Source of the DNA: Octopus vulgaris
Lineage: Eukaryota
Assembly: GCA_951406725.2 (NCBI GenBank)
Contig: OX597834.1
Span: forward strand, 37,572,001 to 37,636,000
Direction of reading: 5' to 3'
Length of the DNA stretch: 64,000 bases
Shown here: positions 26,321 to 38,909 of the stretch, piece after piece
How the letters are laid out: each line of letters begins with the position of its first letter
Position numbering within the stretch: the first letter of the stretch is position 1
Translations under genes and position numbers: made by a program
Notes under the pieces: model-generated
What the model saw: the letters and a program-made list of their open reading frames with translations, nothing else
Database searches by the model: none
Told to the model about the DNA's origin: nothing

Positions 26321-26630
26321 TAAATCTAAATTGAGTGAGTAGAACAGGTAAAATCCAGACTACATTTGTTTCATAGCTAGCTGATCATCTGATGTATTAC
26401 TGAATGAGGGATACTCAACTTGGCTAATCATCAGGCTGAGAATACTTCTTAATTTATATGAAAGTTGCGTTGTCATTATTATTACTATTTGGAATGTCCG
26501 AGTTAACTCATCGCAGATGAGAGCTGAAATGACTTCTCATTAAGTAATTATTACATCAGAGGGTCAGCTAGCTGAGAGACATACGTGGCCTGTATTTTAC
26601 CCATTCTACTCCCTCAGTTTGGATTTTTAT
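26321..26630. mobile_element. Palindromic element, ~78-bp arms, with hammerhead motif
   Basis: aaatctaaattgagtgagtagaa..gtaaaat..agctagctga.c.tctgatgta pairs with tacatcagagggtcagctagct..attttacc..ttctactccctcagtttggattt. Confidence 0.75.
26356..26438 (-). ncRNA. Type I hammerhead ribozyme-like motif
   Basis: Minus: gc CTGATGA (26434-26428) ttagc...gctat GAAA C AAAT GTA gt. The opposite arm retains gagacatacgtggcc. Confidence 0.5.
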
Positions 26631-26954
26631 TCGCATTTATAACAGCTCTAAATGCTAACCATGAGCTAAACAGTAATCTTCAGCTGACTGAATTTCCGTG
26701 CAACTTCCATATGGGAAACAGTGTGAAACCTTGGACGTCAATAAGTTGTTATTGTTCCTGACTATACACTGTCCAGTTTTTGTTTCTATACCTGCCACGG
26801 ACTGCTTGAAGCTTACAAACTTCCTACACTTGGACCTTACCCTTATATATTGAGACACACACACACATACCTGCATACATATATATATATATACATACAC
26901 ATACATATATATACACACACATATATGTATACATACGTACACACACTCGCACAC

Positions 26955-27125
26955 ATCATCATCATCATCATCGTTTAACGTCCGCTTTCCATGCTAGCAT
27001 GGGTTGGACGATTTTGACTGAGGGGTGGTGAACCAGATGGCTGCACCAGGCCCCAATCTTGTTCTGGCAGAGTTTGTACAGCTGGATGCCCTTCCTAATG
27101 CCAACCACTCTGAGAGTGTAGTGGG
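26955..27125 (-). mobile_element. SINE family C
   Basis: (CAT)n tail and cagctggatgcccttcctaatgccaacc. Confidence 0.85.
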
Positions 27126-27351
27126 TATGCACACATATATACATATATATATGCATACATATATACATACATGCATATACATATACACACACACACATAT
27201 ACGTATACATACTTACACGCACACACACATATATATATATCCACTTATGTATGTATGCATGTGTAGGTAAGACCCCATCTGATGTTACCCCAGCCTTTTC
27301 AGTAGCCCCTAAGCCCCTACATGTTTCTCAACTGATTAGCCTTATCACTCT

Positions 27352-27416
<65 letters not shown>

Positions 27417-27419
27417 ATC

Positions 27420-27890
27420 CCATTGCCTTTGTCACGAGATTTACGTCACTTCCGTTTGCCTTCGATACACTCTCTTCGTCACCCTCTTCTCTCTCTCTCT
27501 CTCTCTCTTACCAGATCATTTATTGTTGACATCTATCATTCTCCCTTACCACCGCCATATTGCCAATCAGAATCGTAGCCAATCAGAAACTAATAGCCAT
27601 TTGAGAGATTTTAAACTATATTAACAAATACAAACCATTTTTGTTCACTTAATGCATTTCCCCCGACACCAGACCCCGTCATTTCTGATATTTATACTGA
27701 CAAAATTTTGCTGCAATTTTCCAATCTCAATTCACCCCCACCCCCACCCTCTCTCATATGATTGTTAGCTTTGGTCTAGCCTTAACAAAATGGCTTTTAC
27801 CAGTGCATAATCGTTTATCGGACTTTTTATTTTACTGACGGTCATTTATCCGTTTTCACACATTTACCTCCACAACACAAATCATTTTAG
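27420..27890 (+). promoter_or_regulatory. Promoter-like module, copy 1 (CRE/ETS-like, YY1-like, twin CCAAT)
   Basis: ttacgtcacttccg (~27441), ccgccatatt (~27552), and CCAATCAG at 27563 and 27579. Confidence 0.5.
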
Positions 27891-28790
27891 AGACACAAAA
27901 GCACGAAAATATCTAAACATATTTTCTATAACATGTCAAGGATATAAATAATCGAATTGAAATATCCGTGTATATTTTTTACGAACTCATTTAATCTTTT
28001 CCTTGCTTACTATGACTTTCATTTATTTCTGCATCTAAATTATGTTCCCGTTTCATTTCGTATTCACATACCACGAGCTTTTGCATTATTTTTTTTTTCC
28101 AATAAGGTCCCTCGAGATTCGTATTTTTGTTGGTATATAGAAAATATAAGGAAAATTTATACACAACCATTTTTTTTTAATATATATAATATATAGGTGC
28201 AATCTTTTAATTTCTTATACTGAGACGATCAAATTTGGAGTAAACGAGATAGCTATGGATCAGCACACAGTTACTGATTCGGAAACTTTAATTTTGAAAT
28301 TAAGCAGACGTTTCAACGATAGTAACAGTACAACATTTGGATAAGTTTTTTGTTGTTTCTTTTTTTCAACACGTTTGACCGACGCATTTATTTCCAAATT
28401 CTTTAACAATTCCTTACATTATTCTAAGTCAGTAAATTTTTTTTTTTTTTTTTTGGTTTTTCTTTCAGCTGCTAGAGCTGATTTTTCACTGTTTGAAACC
28501 AATTTTCTCCTCTGTTACCGTTTCGTTTCAGTCAGAAATTGTAGCGGCCAACTACGGAGCAACAATCACAAGTCATGTGGAACGCTGAACAAATCAATGG
28601 CGTCACAACAATCTAGAACCCAGCAATTTAGAAGGGAGCAATGTAGCGATTCTCACGCTTAGTTTCACCGTTGTCAAGTGTTATTTTAACCAGAAATTTC
28701 ATCTCACACAGTAACTATTCTATTAGCTATTTTTATCTCGTTCAGTCATTTTCGATTCAGCATAGTTACGTATTTACTATAGCCCATCGG

Positions 28791-29162
28791 ACATATTACC
28801 CAATCAGACATTTTAACCAATCAGAATCAAGGAGTCAGTTGAGCCATTTTTTTTCTTCCTTTTATTATATTAACAAGTAAAAATAGTTTTCGTTCAGTTG
28901 GTGCATTTTACTTGACACCAGATAATACTGTCTCTCTATCTTTGATTTTCTATCTGGCAACAGCATCATACGCAAGCAGATGGTTTACCATCTCATTTAA
29001 TTCTCTCTGTCAGTTCGACGTTTGCTTTGACCCAGCCCCAAGGGAATAATTTCGACGAGTTTAAATGCACACGAGTTCATCTGGGTTTTTTTGTTTTTCT
29101 CTTTTATACCGATGGTCATTTATCTACTTACATGCATTTAACTATACAACACAAATTATTTT
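28791..29162 (+). promoter_or_regulatory. Promoter-like module, diverged copy 2
   Basis: CCAATCAG at 28800 and 28817, then agccattt, tatattaacaa, gacaccaga and ggtcatttatc..acaacacaaat in the same order as copy 1. Confidence 0.5.
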
Positions 29163-29788
29163 TATTGGCTCTTGTTACTACTGTGCAATTTGGCCAACAA
29201 GTTCCACCGAGGCTTATATTTTGTTGGTGGATGGCTGTATGGTTCTTCGTCGCTTTCAACGGTAATGATTCACTTGTACTATCGGCTGAATTTTCTGCTC
29301 AATGAATCAGCATCTAGATGGCTGAGCATTCCATAGGCAGATGTGTTCTTATCGTAATCCCAAGTCACAATCAGCGTCACACAGTGTGTGAACAGACATG
29401 TACCTTTCGAAAAACAGAATATAGTTACAAATCACCCGGCAGGACACAACGCGGTTTTTGTCAATTCAATTTTATTATTTTTTTTTTGTTTTTTTAGGCT
29501 ACAACAAATAACGTATGATCAAGACGTCACGCAGTGAGACTGAACCCAAGATTTCATGGGTGCAAACCAAACCTCTTGAACCATTTGGCCAAGAAAAAAT
29601 ACGGAGAAAATCTTATGATAATTCTGCTTGTCATTGCCTTACTTAGCCCGTCGGTAACGCTTTCACATGATTAGAGAAAAGGAGGGAGTAAGGAAAAGAG
29701 GGAGAGAGAAAAAAGAGGGAGGGAGGGAAGGAGAAAAAGAGGGAGAGAGAAGCGTGCATGACGTGAGGTAGAGGGATTGTAATTGTAA

Positions 29789-30019
29789 GGCGGCGAGCTG
29801 GCAGAACCGTTAGCACGTCGGGCGAAATGCGTAGCCGTATTTCGTCTGCCTTTACGTTCTGAGTTCAAATTCCGCCGTGGTCGACTTTGCCTTTCATCCT
29901 TTCGGGGTCGATAAATTAAGTACCAGTTACGCACTGGGGTCGATGTAATCGACTTAATTCATTTGTCTGTCCTTGTTTGTCCCCTCTGTGTTTAGCCCCT
30001 TGTGGGTAATAAAGAAACA
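29789..30019 (+). mobile_element. SINE family B, young-looking copy with 8-bp TSD
   Basis: Very similar to the copies at 34550 and 46153. aattgtaa occurs on both sides. Confidence 0.92.
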
Positions 30020-30404
30020 AATTGTAACGCTTTCACGTGATTAGCTGAGGGGAAAGAGAGGAGAGGGAAAAAGAAAACAAGGCGAAGAATGAGACAGAAA
30101 GAGGTAGAAAGAAAAGAGAGAGAGAGAAAAAAGAGGGAGAGAGAAGCGTCCATGACGTGAGGTAGGGGAAACGTAATAATTTTAGCAGTGGTGTGATGTT
30201 CTGATGGTGAGGTTAAAGAAAGGTAGAGAAAGAGAGGTAGAGAGCGGAGGAAGAGAGAGGGAGAGGGGAAAAGAGAGATGATGATGGTAGTAGTGGTGGT
30301 GAGGAAGTTAGAGGTGGCGGTGGTGATGAAGTTGGAGATGGCGGTGGTGATTGAATAGTGAAAAGTGAACTTTTTAAAATTGAATTAAGTTTTTTAAATT
30401 ACCC

Positions 30405-30490
30405 TTCGCCTAACGCATGCGCATAAGTGCAATTTTGTGAAATATTCCTGCTTATTTACGTGGCAGATAAATTCAATTTAACTAAAGGTT
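30405..30490. promoter_or_regulatory. NRF1-like motif, candidate promoter
   Basis: acGCATGCGCA at 30413-30423, downstream of TCACGTGA and TGACGTGA motifs at 30.03-30.16 kb. Confidence 0.35.
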
Positions 30491-31282
30491 GTATCATATC
30501 TACAGGATATATATTTTTTGTTTATGGGTGAAATGGGAAAAACAAGAGTGAATCTTTATTTTATGAGTTCTGTGTATTAAATCTATAAAACTGTGCATAA
30601 AGTATATAAATTGCATTAACTAATCATCGTATTCCAATTTCTTTCACCTTTCAATGAGTAGCAGATGAACGACCGTCTTTCCATTAAGACACAACACAAG
30701 CTATGCTTGCAGGTTTTTGGGGATAAAGTTTTCAGAAATAACCCAATAGGTTTACTATTGATTCCATGTAATATTCACGGGTCCTGCTTGTTATACATAA
30801 TCAGTTTTCTACGAACAATGACTTTAATTTCATGTATACTTTATGCAATGAGGAAAACACAGTACAGCGACTATTATTTAGCAATGAGTTGTATGGGGTA
30901 CATTGTGATAAAGTGGACACGTCGTATTTTCTCTACAGTTCAGTCTGATTCTGTATATGCGTAAGTTCTAGTCATGGCCACATCAGAGATGCTGAAGCAT
31001 TAATGATAAAAATTCTTATATTTTTTATCAACTAAATCATATAAATGCGATAATGGGAAAGTAATGTTTCGAATCAGTCCAAAAATGTTTCTACGCTCGT
31101 TTGCTTTGGCCGTAAAGTTTTTCAAGAGGATGTTCAAAACGTTTTTATTGCCCTGCCAAAATTTTAGGGGTGCGCTCGCTACCCTGGGTATCCTCCGTTC
31201 CCGAGACAATGCTAAATGACCATTTTAGGTTGGAGCTGTACTGCTATGTCTGGTGAATGACAGGGGAAACGCGTGTCCGTGT

Positions 31283-31364
<82 letters not shown>

Positions 31365-31894
31365 TGTTATTTGAACATGCAGATGTAATGACAGAATCCC
31401 CACTTTGACAAATATGCTGAAGTGCAGGGTTTGAGGAAGAGGTTTAATAAGACCAAAACAAGCCTAGATTTATCTCCCATATTTGCCGAAATAATGAAAC
31501 ATTAGTTATTGCGTTAATGTTCTTTTCTCACCGCATATGAATGGCTTATAGATCATCATCATCATCATCATTACTACTAACAGTCACCATTATAATCACC
31601 ATCACCATCATCATCATCTCCAACACCATTATCGTTAACAAATTGGATTTAGTGACATCACTAACCACAAAATGAAGGAGAAAAAAATCTAATATTCTTT
31701 TGTAAACTTGAATCTCAGCAAATACAATAAATACAACAACAGCAACAATAGCAGAAGTTGCAGCAGCTACAAAAACAACATCAACAACAACAATAATATG
31801 AAGAACAGTAACAGTGGCAGCAGGAGCAGCAGCCAAGTAAGGCTTTAATCCTTAATTCTTAATCCAAAGTGAATCTGAAGAAATTTATTTTCTA

Positions 31895-32218
31895 TCCACC
31901 ACCACCACTACTACTACTACCACTACTACTAACATTACTACCACTAATATAATTACCACCACTTCTACTATTACTACGACTACTACTACTACTACAACCA
32001 TTAGTATTGTTACTACTACAACTGCTGGCACTATTACCGCTACTACAACAACCACTACTATCACACTACTACTACTATCATCACCACCACTACTGCCAGT
32101 ACCACCACCATCCCTTATTCTACCACCGCCACTACTACTACCATCACCACCACCACCGCCACTATTATTATTACCACAACTATCACCACCACCACCACCA
32201 CCGCTACTACTACTACCG

Positions 32219-32252
<34 letters not shown>

Positions 32253-32310
32253 CACTACTACCACCACTACACCACTACTACTACTACTACTACTACTGCC
32301 ACTACTACTG

Positions 32311-32350
<40 letters not shown>

Positions 32351-33767
32351 CACCACCACCACCACAATAATGACAGCAACTAAAATATAAGCAAACAATG
32401 ACGGTAATCAGCTCTCAATACAATAACACCAACAACAATAGCAAGAAACCCTTTCAAACCACTTCCCACCCGCATTCCACCCTGTTGCCACCCCATCCAT
32501 CCATCATCTGGTTTAACAGACTTTCCACGGATCCACCGTTGCTATGACAACAAGTAAATTCACTGTAGAAAGTCGAGGGTTAAGTGATAGATTGGGGGTT
32601 TGTACATGCCCCTAACAGTGATGTTAGGAGTTGCGGTGGTGGTGGTGGTGGAGGGGAAGGTGATGGTGGCCGTGGTAATGGTGGCGGTGGTGGTGATGGT
32701 GGTGTAGATGGTAGTGATTGGCGGTGAAAGTGGTGGTGGTGGTGATGATGGTGGTAGTGGCGAAAGTGGTGAAGCAGTGTGGCAGTAGTGATGGTGATGG
32801 TAGTGGTAGTAGTGGTGCTGGTTGCGGGTGTGACGATGGTGATGGTCATGGTGGCGGCGGTGACGGGGGTGCTGGTGGTCCTGGTGGCTATGATGATAGT
32901 AATGGTGATGGTGATGGTGCTGCCGATGACCATGGTAACGGTGGCGCCGATGATGGTAGTAGTGAGGGTGATGATGATGGTCAATGATAACAACGCCGCC
33001 ACCACCACCACCACCATCACCATCATCAACATAACACCAACACCAACTTCAATCACAGCCACCACCACCATCAACAGCAACGTTACCATCACAACCACCA
33101 CCACCACCGTCATCACAACCATCAATGATACCACAGTGGACACTGATGCCAACACCATCTCCAACATTACCAAAACTACTGCCATTAACACCAACGCTGC
33201 CACTGTTGTCGTCACCATCACCATCACCACCACCAACAACAACAACATCACCATCACAACGACCATCACCACCACCACCACCACTAATACCACCACCAAC
33301 GATACCACTGTCACCATCATCACCATAACACCACCACAATCAACAACAAAGGCACCACTTCAACAACGACGACCACCAGCAACACCACCACCACCATCAC
33401 TAACAGCGCCACAACTACCAATACCACCTTCGTCACTGTCACCACCACCGCCACCACCACCATTAGCCACATCACCATCACAAGCGACACCACCACCACC
33501 ACTACCAATCGCCGCCACCACCACCACCACCACCGCCACCACCATCATCATTACCCCCATCATCACTACCACTAACAAAACCACTACCACCACCACCACC
33601 ACCACTACCACCTTCACAACCATCACCGCCACCATCACCATTATCATTATCCCCATCATCACTACCACTAACAAAACCACTACCAATACCACCTTCACAA
33701 CCACCACCACCACCACCAATACCACCTTCACCATCGCCACCACCACCACACCACCACCACCACCACC

Positions 33768-33801
<34 letters not shown>

Positions 33802-33805
33802 TTTA
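31895..33805. repeat. Trinucleotide low-complexity blocks: (ACT/ACC)n 31895-32370, (GGT/GAT)n 32630-32985, (ACC)n 32990-33805
   Basis: Direct inspection. Source of the Thr-, Val- and Pro-rich ORFs. Confidence 0.92.
32538..32551. promoter_or_regulatory. RFX X-box
   Basis: GTTGCTATGACAAC compared with consensus GTTRCCATGGYAAC. Confidence 0.5.
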
Positions 33806-33921
33806 AAGGAATGTAACAATATTTTCCTCAATCTCTGTAATGTCAAATGAAGCGGAGTTTATTTCGCTGCAGGGGTGTGAAGGTTGTGGTAGATATGGAA
33901 AAACGGTGGAAGTTAGGAGTG

Positions 33922-33935
33922 GTTGCCATGGTGAT
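33922..33935. promoter_or_regulatory. RFX X-box
   Basis: GTTGCCATGGTGAT. Confidence 0.45.
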
Positions 33936-34205
33936 GTGCAGTTTATTTAATTAGGTTCCTATGACCATGGTTTCATACTACCTGCATGCATTATGGGATT
34001 ATTATACACACACACACACACACACAAATGACTACACAGAAACATATGTACAAATCACTACACATATACACACATACATGACATCACAGTCACATTTACA
34101 CACATATTAATACACACACATATATACGTTTGCACGTACACACACGAGCATATATACACATATAAATGCCATCACATACACACATACGCAAATAACTATA
34201 CTCAA

Positions 34206-34255
<50 letters not shown>

Positions 34256-34549
34256 CATCGCACAGACACACACATAAATACTTACATACATGCGTACATT
34301 TGTACACGCACGCACACACGCACACACACACACAAACATACACATATACACAAGTAAATATCATCACACATACACCCAAACATCACACACACACATACAC
34401 ACACTCTCATTCACACATTACATCATATAGACTTATTCATACAAGTGCTTATACACACATACACACAAAACACACATAGCATATGTACATATAAACACTT
34501 AAGAAAACGCTCACACACAAACACATACCGTTATATATATATATATATA

Positions 34550-34768
34550 TTTCTTTACTACCCACAAGGGGCTAAACATGGAGAGGACGGACAAAGGGAT
34601 TAAGTCGATTATATCGACCCCAGTGCGAAACTGGTACTTTATTTATCGACCCCGAAAGGATGAAAGGCAAAGTCAACCTCGGCGGAATTTGAACTCAGAA
34701 CGTAGCGACAGACGAAATACCGCTGAGCATTTCGCCCGGCGCGCTAACGTTTCTGCCAGCTCGCCGCC
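34550..34768 (-). mobile_element. SINE family B
   Basis: Reverse complement of the 29789 copy. Confidence 0.9.
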
Positions 34769-35465
34769 TATTATATTTATATATATATATACACACTCAC
34801 ACACATACACGGAGACATAGACAAACATACACACACACACACAGACACTGAAACAAACCTACGTATACACACACATATATACACACATACACTTAGATAC
34901 CTAAACGCAGAGACACAAAAACAACACACATACACACATACGTATATACTCAAAAATATACACACGCACTCACACACATCACGTACACACAAACACACAC
35001 ACACACACATACATATAACCAAATACATACATACACACACAAACACACACGCATATACATAACAACAACAACACAACACACACACAAAAGTCACAAACAC
35101 ATACACATAATAAAACACAAACACGCATACAAGCACCCACACACAACAATACACATACACACACACACTAAAAGAACGCAAACACACTCTCAGAACACTA
35201 AGACACATACACACATTGCTCCTAATACAGACAAACAGACTTTATCATAAATGACAACACATCTAGGAACGAAAAAGCCGGTGTGTTAGAAATAGCAGTC
35301 AAAGATCTTTTGAATCACGCTCTGCTGTTTCTAATAAACCAGTTATATATTAGATGATGAATTCCTAGATATTATGTATATAATAAGGAGATGTCACGAT
35401 TGGAGTGTTTTGGGGTTGAACGAGTCAGTTTTAATCATCGGACAGCAATAATCATAAATCAATCA

Positions 35466-35497
<32 letters not shown>

Positions 35498-35779
35498 AAG
35501 TGTGAGTGTGTGTGTGTGTGTAAATATATATATATATACACACACACACATACATACATACAGACATACATGTATATATGTGCATACATATATATATGTA
35601 TTCATACACACACACACATATATATATACATACACATATACATATACAAAAATATACATATATATACATACACACATATATATATAAATACACATACACA
35701 CATATGTATACATACACATATATATACATATTTTTATATACTCATACGCACATATATGTATGAAAAGAGAGGGAGATAG

Positions 35780-35820
<41 letters not shown>

Positions 35821-35921
35821 AAGGGAGAGAGAGAGGGAAAGAGAAGGAGAGAGAGTTGTCTTTGCTGAAACTGGAAATAATAATGTAAATAGTATTTTTC
35901 TAAGAATGCAGAGTTGAAGGG

Positions 35922-36100
35922 TTTTTCCGCCATATTTGTTACTACGCAGTCATTGCCATGGTAACAGCGATGCTGCTCTGCTCACTCTTCTCCCCCACCC
36001 ACCTTTCCTCTTCATCTCCGCTTTGTTGTTTTCTATCTGTCTAACCATTCTGCTTCCTTTCGATTCCAGCTTGCTACTTCCTGTTTCCGCTGCAGCTACG
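35922..36100. promoter_or_regulatory. YY1-like motif, X-box and ETS-like motif in unique sequence
   Basis: ccgccatattt (~35927), ATTGCCATGGTAAC (35952-35965) and acttcctgt (~36076). Confidence 0.45.
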
Positions 36101-36645
36101 AGTCTCTCTTTTTACTTCTCAACTCATCAAGCGAACGCTTCTATCTTTTTTTTTTTTACTCGCCATTATTTACTTGAGGACATCGTTCTAACATCCAGCC
36201 GCGATTTTTAAAATTTTATTTCATTTTGCATTTCCGCATCGTACTTGTTGCGCTATTGTATCATCTTGTTTGGTGTTATATCCTTTTAGCCATACAAAAA
36301 AACCCAAAAAAACCCAAAATCGAAGAGACATATTCTTTAATTTCATCGTTTATAGACCTTTGTTCTTTTAATTTCTTCCTTAACCGTCCCTTTTCTTTGT
36401 CCTTGCTTTTCTTTTCTCTCCCAGTCACTAAAAGTCCACAAATATGTTTCGTCAGTTTTTTTTTTATCTTGTCTTGTCTCCACTGTATCAGTTGTCTGAA
36501 AAATAGTATTCTGTAGGTCGTTGACTCTACTAAAGTAGCAGTTCTATTTCAAGATGTTGAAACTACAAATCTTTTGTAAAAAGGCTGATGCAGGGCAAAT
36601 TTTCGTTTATCTCTTTAATGTACTTTGTACTTTTACTGTCTGTGC

Positions 36646-36784
<139 letters not shown>

Positions 36785-36817
36785 TATGTGTGTGTGTGTG
36801 TGTGTGTGTATGAAAGA

Positions 36818-37695
36818 GCATGACTCAGTGGTTAGAGCATCGAGCTTACGATCGTGCGGTTGTGAGTTCGATTCCTGGACCAGGCTGCGTATTGAGTTCT
36901 TGAGCAAGACACTTTATTTCACGTTGCTCCAGTTCACTCAGCTGTAGAAATGAGTTGCGACGTCCCTGGTGCCAAGCTGTATCGGCCCTTGCTCGAGTTT
37001 CATATATATATAGGCGCAGGCTATGTTGTAAGAGGTTTGATTCCCAACCACAAGGTTCCAGGTTCAGTCCCACTGAAAGGTACCTTGGGCCTATCAAAGC
37101 CTTGTGTGGGAATTTCGTAGACGGAAACTAAAAAAGCCAGTCGTACATGCATATGTGTGTGTATTTCTTTGTGTTGTGTGTGTGTTTGCTCCACTACTGC
37201 TTGACAATCGGTGTTGGTGTGCTTACGTCCCACTAACTTAGCAGTTCGCCAAGGAGACCGGAAGAAAAATTCTTCGAGGAGGTGCCCCAGCATGGCCGCA
37301 GTCAAAGGTGATATATATACATATCTACGTGATACTCCGTCGGTTACGACGACGAGGGTTCCAGTTGATCCGATCAACAGAACAACCTGCTCGTGAAATT
37401 AATGTGCAAGTGGCTGAGCATTCCACAGACACAGGTACCCTTAACATAGTTCTTGGGGAGATTCATCGTGACACAGAGCGTGACAAGGCTGGCCCCTTTG
37501 AAATACAGGTACAACAGAAACAGGAAGAAAGAGTGAGAGAAAGTTGTGGTGGAAGAGTACAGCAGGGTTCGCCACCCACTCCACCCCCTGCTGGAGCCTC
37601 GTGGAGCTTCAAGTGATTTCGCTCAATACACACTCTCAACGCCCGGTCTGGGAATCGAAACCTCGAGTCCACTGCCCTAACTACTGAGCCATTAC

Positions 37696-37771
<76 letters not shown>

Positions 37772-37944
37772 TTTTTACTTGGAGTACCGCCTTCAGTCGA
37801 TCGAGCAAATCGACCCCAGGACTTATTCTTTGTAAGCCTACTACTTATTCTATCGGTCTATTTTGCCGAACCGCTAAGTTACGGGGACGTAAACACACCA
37901 GCATCTGTTGTCAAGCGATGTTGCGGGGAGAAACACAGACACAT

Positions 37945-37975
<31 letters not shown>

Positions 37976-38130
37976 CGACGTGCTTCTTTCAGTTTCCGTC
38001 AACCAAATCCAGTCACAAGGCTTTGGTCGGTCCGAGGCAATAGTAGAAGACACTTGCCCAAGGTGGCACGCAGTGGGACTGAACCCGGGACTATGTGGTT
38101 CGTAAGCAAGCTACTAACCACACAGCCACA
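36818..38130. mobile_element. SINE cluster: E (+, 36818-36990), A (+, 37013-37310), D (-, 37330-37695), A (-, 37770-38130)
   Basis: Each matches other copies of its family in the window. Confidence 0.85.
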
Positions 38131-38327
38131 CCTAGCCTATACACACACACACACACATATATATATCATTCCCTCCTTCCTTCTCTCTCAGACTTTCTTT
38201 CATTGACTCTGATCCGACTTCGTATTCTTCCTCCCATTTAACCAATCGTTTTCCTTGTCTGTCTGTATCTCTCCATACATCCACACACACACATGCAGAC
38301 ACACACACACACATACACACACACATA

Positions 38328-38394
<67 letters not shown>

Positions 38395-38403
38395 ACATAC
38401 ACA

Positions 38404-38470
<67 letters not shown>

Positions 38471-38517
38471 TTTCCCATTAAATAGTCTCTAAGCTCGCAT
38501 TGTCTCACTCTAGTCCA

Positions 38518-38531
38518 GTTACCATAGCAAC
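38518..38531. promoter_or_regulatory. RFX X-box
   Basis: GTTACCATAGCAAC, near-consensus. Confidence 0.5.
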
Positions 38532-38909
38532 CAGTCTTTTACCTATTTAAGACTACCGTTTTATATTGCCGACTTATTACCATTACTCGCGAAACGATGC
38601 TTCCTCCAATGTCCCCCCCCACCATCGCCCCCCCCCACCATCCCCCCCCACCATTCCGTATACCATCATCACCCCTCCTCCATCCTTCCACGATACCAAC
38701 AGGTTATCCTACCATCAACAGCATCAGTACTACAACACATACTTCATCACTTCCACCACTTCCCACCATTCTGGTACTATCTCCTCACACTACCACCACC
38801 ACCACTGCATACAACTACCACAACACCCTTTATACTCATACACCACTATATACTATTACCATCACTACTTTAGTAACCCTAGCCTCGCATGTGTGTGTGT
38901 GCGCTTGTA

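Noticed and set aside
32779-33816. 345-aa Thr/Pro-rich mucin-like ORF
   Set aside because: Built from (GGT)n/(ACC)n repeats, open on both strands, with no signal peptide or splice evidence.
36343-36495. 50-codon phase-0 frame after a minus acceptor, as next exon of the 44.3-kb gene
   Set aside because: Purine-rich low-complexity sequence with no recognisable protein. Cannot be supported without RNA data.
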